Source: the human T2T-CHM13v2.0 reference genome, Homo sapiens
DNA length: 64,000 bases
Reading direction: 5' to 3' (one strand)
Assembly (NCBI RefSeq): GCF_009914755.1
Contig: NC_060936.1
Under the pieces are notes generated by a model. The model saw only the letters and a program-made list of their open reading frames with translations, was not told where the DNA came from and searched no databases. The translations under genes and the position numbers were made by a program. Shown piece after piece: positions 1-12,550 of the stretch (the stretch's first letter is position 1; every line of letters begins with the position of its first letter).

Positions 1-99
1 TTTAAAAAGCAAAAAATAACTGTCAATAAGAACAACGAATAGAGGAAAGTACTTCATCCTTACACGGGTGGATAATGCATACCTGCCCAAGCCTGAAAT

Positions 100-800
100 C
101 CAAGGAAGCTTTTTTTAGAAAATGTGCTAAGTTAAACATTAAAAGATACACAGATGTTGTATAGAAGCATCATTTCAGATACAGAGGACAGGGCAAGGCA
201 AAAGCATTACAGCTTGAGAAAGCTGAGAAGATTCAAGTTACCAAGGGTAGTACTTTATGTTTGGGGTGGAAGAACATGATTGGAAATATGAGATAAGACT
301 TAAAGACCCGAGAGAAACAAATCATGAAGTGCTCTGTTTGTTATACTAAGGATTTTCTATTTTATCCCGGGGAAGGCTAGGTGATTTTAATCCCTAGAAT
401 TAGATTTCATTAGACTAAGTAAAAAAGGAAGAGAGGGCGGGAAAAAATTCACAGGTAATGGGAAAACTGAGTACCAGAAATGAAGGCCCCAGTTAAACTC
501 TGTCAGCAATGACAGAAAGAAGAAACTAGATTTGAGAGCTATTTTGAAGGTAAACCTAATAGGACATGGTAGAAAACTTGATGTTGGGGATGAAGGTGAG
601 AGAAGGGCCAAGGATAACAGCCTCATTTTTAGTTAGGGTGATGGAAGTCTAGCCATCCTATTCATGGAGATAAGTAATTCAGGTGAAGAAGCAGGTATTG
701 GGGAGAATGATGATGAAATCAGACATGTTAAGGTTAAAATGCCTTAGGAAAATTTAAGTGTGCTATCTTATAAATAGATGAACATGGTCTGGATTGAAAA
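100..800 (-). mobile_element. LINE-2 fragment(s)
   Basis: Purine-rich, diverged L2-like text (e.g. gatttgagagctattttgaaggtaaa..., gagagaagggccaaggataac); boundaries approximate. Confidence 0.5.
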
Positions 801-825
801 AAAAAAAGAGTTCTAAGTTGGAAAC

Positions 826-1200
826 TGTATCAGTCTGCTAGGGCTTCCTAGAATACCACAGATTGGGTGATTTAAACAACAGAAATTTATTTTCTCACAG
901 TTCTGGAAGCTGGAATTTCAAGATCGAGGTGCCAGCAAGCTTGCTTTCTGGTGAGGCCTCTCTTCCTGGCTTGAAGACAGACACCTTCTCCCTGCGTCCT
1001 CACATGGCCTTTCTCTGTGTGCGTGTGCTCTCCTGCTCTCTCCCACTGCTCATAAGGACGCCAGCCCTATGGGATTAAGTCCCCAGTCTTATGACCTCAT
1101 TTAACCTTAATTACCTTCCTAAAGGCCCTGTCTCTACATTCAGTCACCTTGGGAGTTAGGGCTTTGGCATATGAGTTTTGGGAGAGGACACAATTCAAAA
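826..1200 (-). mobile_element. MaLR LTR, MLT1A-like
   Basis: tgtatcagtctgctagggct...aaacaacagaaatttattttctcacagttctggaagctgg...atgacctcatttaaccttaattacc...gacacaattca matches the MLT1A reverse strand. Confidence 0.8.
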
Positions 1201-2620
1201 CAAAAACGTAGATTAAACGACAGGACAGACATGATTATCATCATTTTACAAATGGAAAGGCTGAGGTTGGAACTGTTAAACTGCTTGTACAGTTACAGAG
1301 AGAGCATTTGAAACGAACTGATAGAGTGAAAAGGACAATTATACCTGCCTATAAGGTACAACCTGAACAACAATAGCAACAACAGCATAACATAAGTCAA
1401 CAGAAAATTAGCACAAGGATAGGTAAATTACATAACATAAGTCAACAGGAAATTAGCCAGGTAGGTTGTGGAGGCCTCATAGAACAACACCAGTTTCTTA
1501 CTGAGTTTCCAAAATGAATGGGATTAAATGGTCCCAGCCAACTTTAGGGGACAAGTTCTTTTATGACAACGAACGAGAATGCTGCAGAAGTTTTCTCAGG
1601 ACATCAAACACAACTCCAGATCTTATGGATAATGTCCCAGAGAACCTTTAATACCTTTACAGAATGAATCTCACTGTTTGTGACTCTGAAGAATGAAGGG
1701 AGAAGCACCTGCCCCAGCTGTGATTTGAAGCTGAGGTTCCAGGGAAACTAGGTATTTCAAAGCCAGCTTCGCCTTGCACCTATAAACCTGCCTCTCCAGC
1801 TGTGTTCAAACACATGAATTGTTCACTGCGCAATATGATGATTATCCAGCTTTCACCAGAGGGCTGTGCAAGAACAAAAGGCTGAGGGGTAAAGGGGAAT
1901 TTTATTATTAGTTTGCTATTCTTATGAAACATTCATATAGCAAAGGAATTGCCTTGCTGTTAAAAGAAATTTTGTTAAGGAAACTTTATGAAAAAGATGC
2001 TTACATTGCCTTTAAAGTAACTATATGGGTATTTAGAAGAAAAAAGAGAAATTTTTTAAAAAAAGGACTGAGCTGGGCACTCAGTTCAGAACCACATTTT
2101 CAAAGAGTAAGGGAAACTGTAGACACCTATTGAACTAACTTAAAATTCCATGAGCATGGATTCCAGCATTAATTATATATCAAGCAAAATTTATTTTATT
2201 ACAGCACATGTGCTGATGTTAGAGACTTCCCATTTCTTTTCTGCTACATTTTGAGTTATTTTGAACCCCAGGCCCAGTTAAAATGGGTAGTTCAAGCACA
2301 TCTGTTGCATGTGCACAGTTCATCAAGATTCTTAGGTTCGCAAATGCAATCAGTGTATTGCTTTCAATGTGGCCTCTTCTCCCATCTACTCCCCCAATGC
2401 CACCCACTGCCATTTGTCTAAATAAACCAAGGAGGCCAGACCCTTTGAAACTGTGATGTTGGTCCCACTTTCTCAAGTGAAGAAGGGGTGGAGGAGAAGT
2501 GAGTCAGGTGTATGATTTGCATCATCAGAATAGATCCCACAATTCTATTATTTTAGTGGGCTGTGTAAGGGAGAGAAAAATATCCCTGTTTATCAATATT
2601 TCACACAAAGTTATATTTAA

Positions 2621-2910
2621 GGCTGGGCATGGTGGCTCATGCCTGTAATCCCAACACTTTGGGAGGCCAAGGCCAGATCGCTTGAGCCCAAGAGTTCCAG
2701 ACCAGCCTGGGCAACACAAGGAGACCCCACCTCTACAAAAAATTTAAAAATTACCCAGACGTGGCGGCGCAAGCCTGTGGTCCCAGTTACTCAGGAGGGT
2801 GAGGTGGGAGGTTCAGTGGAGCCTGTGAAGTAAAGGCTACAGTTAGCCATGATCACACCACTGCACTCCAGTCTGGGTAACAGAGTGAGATCCTGTCTCA
2901 AAAAAAAAAA
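2621..2910 (+). mobile_element. Alu (AluJ-like)
   Basis: ggctgggcatggtggctcatgcctgtaatccc start; two monomers; A-tail; J-type features such as cttgagccca. Confidence 0.92.
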
Positions 2911-3090
2911 TATATATATATATATGTATATATATATTTTTATATACACACACACATATATACATTATACATATATACGTATACATATATAAAATATATC
3001 TATGTATGTATAAAATATACATATGTATACACACATAAATACATATAAAGTACATATACATACATACATATACACACACATACATACATA
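2911..3090. repeat. Compound (TA)n/(CA)n/(TACA)n microsatellite continuing from the Alu tail
   Basis: Seen directly: tatatatata...cacacacata...tacatacata. Confidence 0.9.
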
Positions 3091-3279
3091 GAAAGTTGGA
3101 AGCCTTTGGAAAGAAAGAAGGCAACCTGGAGAACATGAGACTTCAGAGTGTTAGGAACCAGGAAGCAAGAGAAAAAGATTAAAGGAAAACAGGGCAGGAA
3201 GGTGGCAGAAGATAATTCCTAGATTGCATAAGAGTCTCGGGCTAACCCCTCAGCTGGTATCCATGTTAAGACATCAGGA

Positions 3280-3515
3280 GGTGGCACAGCATAAGGCTAA
3301 AGAGCAAGGGCTGGGGAGTCAGACACACTTGGATCTGAATCCCCAGTCCACTGGGTGGATGACTTTGGGCAATTTACTCCACCTGCATGAATCACAATAT
3401 CCTCCCTCATCTGTGAGAAGGAAGAAATCATATGACCTGGAGCTGAGGTAAGGATTGCCTAACACAGCTATGCAAAATGCTCGGAAACACCTGGCACAGA
3501 GTAAATGCTTGATAA
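3280..3515 (+). mobile_element. MIR SINE
   Basis: ggagtcagac...gaatcccc...tgactttgggcaatttact...ctcatctgtga...cctggcacagagtaaatgct core. Confidence 0.7.
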
Positions 3516-4435
3516 TTTCATAAAAGAATAAAATTATAGAGCCCCGGAACTGGAAGGCAGCTTACTAAACCTCACCAATGCCAACATTTGACAGAGAAGG
3601 AAAGTGAAGAACCAAAGCATGCAGGTTCTTGCCAGAGTTGGTGAAAGTAGAAAACAGTCTTTCAAATCACGTTTCAGTGGATTTTAGAACACAGAATATG
3701 GTGCTTTGCAAGGAGCCCTGAGTTGTTGTCCAGAAAGCTGGGCTCTTGTCATAGGTCGTTGGCCAAATTTCTCGATCACTCAGTGTCCTCACCTAACAAA
3801 TGTAAGGGTGGGAGAAATTTCCTCAAAGTATTGTTCAGCTCCATGCTCTTGTAATATTATCCCACTGAGAATATGAGTATAATTATACTCAGGGAATGTG
3901 TTCAGCTGGAGTGGGAAGGACAAGGACTATTTGGAAGCCCAGGACACCACAGAAGAGAGCAGAACAAGGTGGAGTTTTTGACAAAGGAGAAGTGGCTGGA
4001 GCCAAGGCTTTCTTGGGGATCAGGAAAGGAGAAAACCAAAATGAGCGAAAAGGGAGGTGGGATACAGGAGGGCCTCATAGATACCTGTGTCTTCCAAAGT
4101 GTGCCCAGGGCTAAAATTCCACCTGTTTCTTTTGCTTATATAATTAACAAGCATATACGGAGTGTAGTGGGGGAGGGAGAGAGGGGTCACTATAAGCTAT
4201 TCACAGCAGAGTGCTTAATTTAGAAAAATGATAAATAAAATAACTTACACTAAAGCAGTAAGTGTGTTTTGTAATGTAAACAGGACAGTCCCTTCTCTTA
4301 AACCCCATTATTTGATAAATTTAACATGTGAACATGTTACATGTTAACGTGTGAGTAGGCTGGAACATGTGAACATATGTTACGTGTTAACATATGAGTA
4401 GGCTGGAAGGAGTTTTATGTATTTACATGTAGCCT

Positions 4436-5228
<793 letters not shown>

Positions 5229-7479
5229 GGCTCCCGGGTTGACCACGTTTTTCTGTGAGATGAATGTAAGGAGCTCTGATTTCTTATTACAGGTGCAGGA
5301 AACTTCAGGGAAACTTATCTGCTCAACATAGTTTTTTCCCTCCATAGCTACCAGCTGACCCTGAGTGCAACACTGTTGTGTAATAGAACTCTTCATTGTA
5401 GGTTGTTTACACAAACAGATACCATCTATAGCTAATTTTAAGCTTATCATTAAATATGTGACTGACCATAACTGTTAAGGATTTTACTTAATTATCATGA
5501 CAACTAATTGTGATAGTATGTATATACTCATATATATGCAGTGTTAATAACCTATTGCAAAAGAAACAAGTTTTTTTTTAAATACAATTCATTGCTTAGC
5601 CATGCTCATCCACAAATGAAATCAAACAAAATAAGCCCAGATCTGGAAGAGTAAGTGGTGGAGAGGGAATAAAGAGAGGCAAAGAGAATGATTTCAGCCT
5701 AACTCTCAAGAGTTTTGGGTCAAGGTTCCCCAAAATTCTACTGCCCCAGAATAAGATCCCCCTTATTCGGCATCTTAGGGCTTTTCTCACCTGCAATGCA
5801 ATCAGGACACTTCCTGAAGCTGCACATTTCTTTCTGACTCTTAGATTTTTAACTGTCTTGGCTAGTTTTTATTAAACTAATTGAGCATAGTAGGTCTCAA
5901 AACTTTTAACGATTTAAAAAATACTACCTTTTCCCTTTCACATTCCCTAATTAAAACCAGGCTAGATTCTATAGTTTCATCGTATATACTTTTGGACAAC
6001 AAAAAACTTCAACCCATCTTGTCCAATTTAAAACTTCGTTTTCTTCTCTAATTTGACAGATACCTCACCCACCCCATCCACCCGCCCCCCGCCACCCTCG
6101 CACCCCTAGACTCCAATACTAGCCAAGATCTAGCTTAGGAATAGAAGATATGATCTGTTATTTCACTCTTCTTCTCTTTCTTTTTTGGCTGTAACTTTTC
6201 TTAGCTAAGAGTGGGAAGAAAAGAGAAAGAGAAAAGTGACCCTCATACTTGATAGGGCAGGAATTGCAATCCCCTCTCTGTGAGCGCAGATTCTCCACCA
6301 AGGCCCACTGTGGGTTCACGGTCAAAGCTGGCTACCTTGGGGTTACCATGGGTGAGTTCTTTGGGAAGCCTTGGAGAACCTCCCCACCAGGAGATTTGGC
6401 TCTGGCTCAACCTCTACCTATAAAAAGAGTGGAGCACATATAATTACCTTTTATGAGTTTATTTAAACCTTGAGTAACATCCACCCTACAAACCCTTGTT
6501 TTGTCAAACTGCAGGGGTGCAAGAATGCAGGTTGCTTCTTTGCCCCCCCTTTTCTCCATCCTGGCCTTGCTTTTTCTTCATGTTCACAGAAGCCTAGGGA
6601 AAATCAACAAACTCTCTTTCAGAGCAGAAGTCTAAACTGGGGTAACAGTCTCTTATTGCATACACTCAAATCACTATAAATGGCTCAGATTGAGCTTCCT
6701 TCCCCACTGGACTTTGAAAGGATAAGTGGACATCGTGGACTCACTCTATTCCTCACTGGGCTAATGACTCATGACTCTCAAACACCCCCACCTGCAAATA
6801 TGTAGAGGAGATAATGCACATAGCCATTTTATCCATTTCCTGATAACCCTTGAAGAGTTATCTGACCCCCAGTTGGTTTTTCGTTTACTTGTTGTTGTCT
6901 TCTTGTTGTCAATGTTTGCAACACTCTTGAAATATAGGATAACTATTATCTCTTTTCTTCAGTCTTAGGTCTTGGTAGCCAACTCCAGAGCAACAAGGGA
7001 AAGTAACACTCAATATGCTAATACAGATGCTTCCTCATCCAAAGCCATTGGCCCCTTTTCAGCCACTTCAGTCCTCAAATATTACCATTAGGGTAGAGCC
7101 GAAGTTTTTAGTTCCTAAGAACAGCCACATGTACCATCTCCTTCACTGCCCTCAGCCATCAGACCCTTTGTTTAGCCCTGTGTTATGTAAACCCTAAAAA
7201 AGTTTGCCTTTGCCCTGTTGCACTTAGTACTGTAACATTTTTACTCAGAGAGCATCTCCTATCAGATACTCAGACACTTGGCTAGACAAAGCAACAGATG
7301 GTACATAGGCCTATTCACACTTTTAAATGAGTCAAGAAGTATGTTAGTAGTAATAAAATAACAACAGAATTTTAGCAGTGGCACAGAATATACATGTCCA
7401 AGTAAGCTGGATCAAATCATTTTTGGAATATCTTTTGGGACTTTTTATGATCCACGAAAAAAGACATGTTAATTACTTT

Positions 7480-7660
7480 TATAGTTTTTTTTATCTGAAA
7501 TATTATACTCAAATTGACTATTCATCTAATTCACCAGACTTGGCTCCAGATGACTTTTGTTTATTTTCAGTAATTAGATTTGCCCCAAAATATCCTCAGG
7601 GATACCCCCCGAGAATGTTTAAAAAAATGTGCTTTCCATTCTAAAGGCAACTCAAACAAA
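7480..7660 (+). mobile_element. Ancient mariner relic (MARNA-like)
   Basis: Translates as SSNSPDLAPDDFCLF (inside ORF 7378..7644), resembling the mariner transposase motif YSPDLAPxD(F/Y)xLF. Confidence 0.65.
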
Positions 7661-7697
7661 CAAGTGGAAAAAGAAAAGAAAAACAAAGAAAGTTGGC

Positions 7698-8184
7698 ATA
7701 TTCATTAGTTTTTACCATAGCAACAAATAGCCCCACAGTTTCAGTAGCTTATGGCAACAAAGATTTATTTCTCATTCATGTAGGACTCAGGCTGCAGACT
7801 TGCTGTCGTCCTGCTTGGCTCCACCTGACTGTGCATCAATGCTCAGCTTGGCTCCACATTGTCTTCTCATTCCAGGACTAAAGGAACAGCCTCCTACTGG
7901 GACATGCTGTTCTCCAGGAAGAAAGGAGAGGCAAAATTAAACCAAACCGGAGGCCAAACCAAATCACAATAGCCCATTTAAAGCGTCTCCATGGACATGA
8001 GTATAGGTTTCATCCAGTCACATTCTGTTGACCAAAGCAAATCACATGACCAATCTGACAAGGGATAAAGAAGTAAATTCTACCTACAGGAAGGTACTGG
8101 AAGTCACATGACAAAGAGTCTAGAGGTATAATCTTCTACAAAGGAGAAAACATGGAGCTGGGAACAATAATGAAATCTACCACA
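7698..8184 (-). mobile_element. Old MaLR LTR (MLT1I/J-like)
   Basis: caacaaagatttatttctc..., cacattctgttgaccaaagcaaatcacatgacc, terminal aatctaccaca. Confidence 0.65.
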
Positions 8185-11017
8185 CAGTGTGGGAACAGTG
8201 GGAACATCATGAATATATAACATTCCAAAGAGATTACTTTGGAAATTATCAGAATGATTAGCCTCATAAATTATGGTAGGGGTATAAACCAAGTCAGTTT
8301 CATGCCTTATAGGCTCCTCTCATATATTTAAGTGTTCTAAAAATATATACAACATCTAGGGTATGGATTTAATCATTTTCCGAACTTGTTTCCTTTGTGA
8401 ATAGTTTTATACTTGAGTTGTTACGAAGTAATTTATTGATAAACACATATTGCAGAATACTGATTGGAATTTGCATTATCTGCAGACTTGCCCCATATAA
8501 TGCTCTTTATATGCAAAATTCAACAGTTAGTGCTGCTATTTCTGAAAGAGCAAATCAATATTCTAAAAATGGGCTAGTCAGAAAAAACAATTATCTTTGC
8601 AAGGATTGTATAACGTATCAAGTTCCTCAGTTGAGGAAAATACTAAATAAATCTCTTAGCCACTTAGAGGTAAAATAAAGTTGCTAACGCTAAATAGGCA
8701 TGCTTTTCATTTCCTAGCCACACTACTAAAATCTTAAAATTAACAATTATATTTTAGTTATTGAATTGTATTCTTTATTTGTCCCAGAGTTCTAAATACA
8801 CTTGAAAAAGTCATATTCTGGAATCCACCTGTGCTCACTAAAAATTGGTCTCCTGATCCACGTACCTCAGCCCAAACAAAGTAGCAAAATATACAAGATG
8901 AAGTGGGAAGGGGAAGCCCTGGAGTGATCTGAAATCACTCATCTCTATTGTGTAGCTCAATTCTTTTCTGTTACTGGATGTTGTTTCCTCTCTTGACCCA
9001 CAGAAAATACACACGTGAGTAAAATTCTAGGACAGTCCCTGAGATGTGCAATATCCTGCTGTTGAAAACTAAAATTACGGCCTGGATTGAATGAGTTTAT
9101 GAGGCAAAGAGGGCTGGGATGATGTGATTACTCTGTTCTGTCCTGCTGGTAGACTGATGGAATATGAACTATCTGTACTTTTCCTGTGGCTCTAGCAAGT
9201 CCCTCATCATGTGACCAGAAGCAGCGACATGCATGAAGAAATGTAGAAAAGTTCTAATTTTCAAGAAAAATCTCCATTCTATGCTAGCTGAGGTTGGTGA
9301 CTATCTCTGTATCTCTGAGTCCACTATAATTCACTTAACTTAAATACCTCCATGACATCCTATAAAAAATTTGCTCAGTCACCTGGATTATGTTTCTTTC
9401 CCTCTTCCTTACCGCCTACCAAACTTAATACTGTCAAAATCTTCTTTAATCATCTAGATTTTATGCATTCATCCTCATTTTAATGTTGTCATAACTTACA
9501 CTTTATAAAGCATTAAGGCATGTGTACAAAATAATACCAAATTGAATCACAGCTGGATATTGCAGACATTAGGGTAAACAGGTCTCTGGCATTTTAAGAT
9601 TTACCTCACAGTTTGTGCAAAATCACATTGCCTGCATCTTAAAAGCCCAGTCTTTTAATAGCAAGTCTTACTTGATACTTCTCAGTCCCTTGACCTTAAA
9701 CTTTTTATTTTTAAACATTTTTGCCATAAGCAATATTGCCTCTCCCAGGTTACGGCATCTTTTGAAAAGAATTTCTGTAAACCTTAAAAGAGAGTGGCCA
9801 GCTATTTTCTACAATCTTATAGACAGAGGCAATGGATAAAAACTACAATATTTAGGATTTACTGCTTCCTTATAGAGAAGGTCACTGACACAGAACTGAG
9901 TAACCTTCCACCCAAAACTTTGTAGTTCAGCCTTTTCCGTAGTTGTTTAAAGTTAAGGGGCATGTTAATTTCTCTTGTCATTTAAAGTGTCTGTGCCTGA
10001 AAATACAGGAATAGAATAATTGACCTCTCGTGTTCATCTCCAGCACTCTATGATTTCAATTCTGCAGTGTACAAAAACAAACTCTCTACACATTGAGTAA
10101 AAAGCCATGGATCTTGAACCAGATCTCACCAGGAGAACATGTAATCTTGGCAGGGATGCAGGGTTTGAATGAGGTATATTCTCCAAGGAAAATAATCCCA
10201 ACAGAATACACTGAGTTTTCTTAGCTTTTATGTTTTTTAGGATATAGTCACATGTTATCTCTGTGACTCTCCCCTGCTCGGTTTTATTTTGAGCAAGGAA
10301 TCAAACTGAGTTTTTCCTCCTTGAACCAGAGAGAAGCAAATACATTGCTCATGAGTGAACAAGTTCATTTCAATAGAATAAGGAATAAGAGTATTATACG
10401 TACAAATTAACTGAACAATTCTGACAGTCCCTATAACCCCAACCCTAAAATATATTATTTCTTTAATTATTTTGGTAAAAAATTGTTGATTTTGTCTGTG
10501 TAAATTAACTTTTCTTTCTATCACGTATGTAGCAGTTGGGTAGTCATAGAGTTATATTTATGTACTAGATCAGGTTAAAAATACTTAAAAAAAAAACAAG
10601 TAGCCCAATATTCAAAGTGTATGAAAGTGCTGACAAACATTGATATTCAACATAGAAATACTCCATCGATCCACTCCCTATTCCGATGAATCCCATGTAG
10701 ACTATAAAATGGTACATTACCACTGTGCTCAAAGCACTGTGAGAATCTGAGCAGTACACAATTCTGCAAAAAACATCTTCAAGCTTTACAAGTGCATGCC
10801 TGCATCTGCAGCTTTGCATTCACATGCATGCAACATGCATTTGCTTAGAGCTTCCAGTTAATTAATTATGTGGTCCATTTATTACTTGTTTGACATTTCA
10901 AAATCTCATCATAGGGATGAGTAGGAAAATTTTTCACTGCTACTCTTCTTAAAATGAAAAGAACCAAGTATCAATAGAGAATATTTTACCAGTGATACAT
11001 CTTTAGTCCCTTGAGGT

Positions 11018-11021
<4 letters not shown>

Positions 11022-11060
<39 letters not shown>
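11022..11060. repeat. (TG)19 microsatellite
   Basis: Perfect dinucleotide run seen directly. Confidence 0.97.
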
Positions 11061-11064
<4 letters not shown>

Positions 11065-12369
11065 GCTTTCCAGAAGTAAATAAGAGCCATTATTTCACAC
11101 AAAATTTGTATTTCCTTTGAGAAAATAAAAGAGGTACTAGAAGACAAGTTGGCTTCTAATAATGACAAAGGAACAGGCCCTTACCTTAAAAAACTGCAAA
11201 CTCATTCAACTAATTTTTAACTTTAATGTGTAGCAACAGAAAACATTGAATAAAAATAATTTGTTTGTTAGAGTATCTCTAACATAATACACATTGGACA
11301 GAGATGCAAAATTAGGCATGCAGAATAAAACACATCTATATATTTAAAAATCCTTTTTTTTTAAGTATTTAGTTCTCAGAATTATCTTTTAGTTCCTTGA
11401 ATGCTAATCATTTTTCAGAGAAGGCAAAAACTAAAGACCAGTTAAGATTAAAAGAATCAATTAGAGAGAAGTTAATGTGCAAATAAATTAGTCTTTTTTA
11501 ATTCCATTTCAGTGTTTTAAGGGTATAATAGAAAGTAAAATTGTCAAACATTTGTTGTTGCTCCATTATCTTGCAATGTTTTCTCACTTCGTCGTGATTT
11601 ATGCTTCCCATGTTCATGATAGGAGCAGACTTCCAGGCAGAGACAGAAGCTGACTTGGGAAGGCTATGAGACGTGGATGAACTAATGTTTTTGTGCTAAG
11701 CACTTTCAAATGCATTGCCTCATTCTGTGTTCTATACAGCTCTATAGCTTTATAGAATTACCTTATTTTAAGATAAATAAATAAAAACTCAGCCTAATTA
11801 ATTTGTAAGTTTGAGAGCTGGGATTTGAGTCCAGATATGCCTGAAAACAAAAAACCATGCTCTTGCCTTTACAATACCTTCCTCCAGGTAGTCCAGGGGA
11901 GGTGCTCGGAAAAAGACAGCACCTTTTGTGGTTTGTGACAGTGCGGGGATATTATCATTTGAAGGAAACAAGAAAAAGTTAGGCTTGATGTTTGAGTCTC
12001 CATATAGTACAGTCACTTATAAAAACTATTTCTAAAGGTATTTGTGCATATTTTAAGAAGTCAAAAGCATGTTCTTGAGAAAAGTGTGTGTTACAGAATT
12101 AAGAGGACTGAAAGGAGAAAAGATGTGTTATGAATTGAAATGAAGAAAGGCAGATCTCTTATTGATTCTTCACTCTTGGAATCTCATTAACTATCAGATG
12201 GAACTTGATGACTGTCAATGAATAAACAACATTTTCCCCATTCTAGGTTGTTAAACTGCCCAAAGCCACCAAATACAGATTAGTTTGAAATGCACTTACT
12301 GTTCCGGCTGGACGTGGTTTAAAAAATTAGCTTTACATACAAGAATTTTTTTCTCTCTCTTTCCTTCAG

Positions 12370-12550
12370 GCTGCTAAAAAATGCAGAAAATGAAGCTTAT
12401 TTTAAAAGCTGGTATCAGAAGCTACTAGCTGCTCTCCAATTCTGTGCAGGTAAAGCCTTGAATGATGAGTTTTCCAAGGAGCAGAAACTTATCAAAATTC
12501 TGGGAGATATTGGGGAAAGAGTCAAGTCTGCCAGTGACCATCAAAGACAG
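12370..12550 (+). CDS. PIK3C2G: PIK3C2G exon (end of helical domain / linker): (W)LLKNAENEAYFKSWYQKLLAALQFCAGKALNDEFSKEQKLIKILGDIGERVKSASDHQRQ
   Basis: Pyrimidine tract and ttcag acceptor ending 12369; 181 nt open frame (1+180); donor CAG|gtttgt; phase 0 joins the next exon. Confidence 0.93.

Noticed and set aside
3873-4223. 116 aa ORF in apparently unique sequence
   Set aside because: No recognisable motif, no convincing splice context, and it does not fit the PIK3C2G frame; an ORF of this length is expected by chance.
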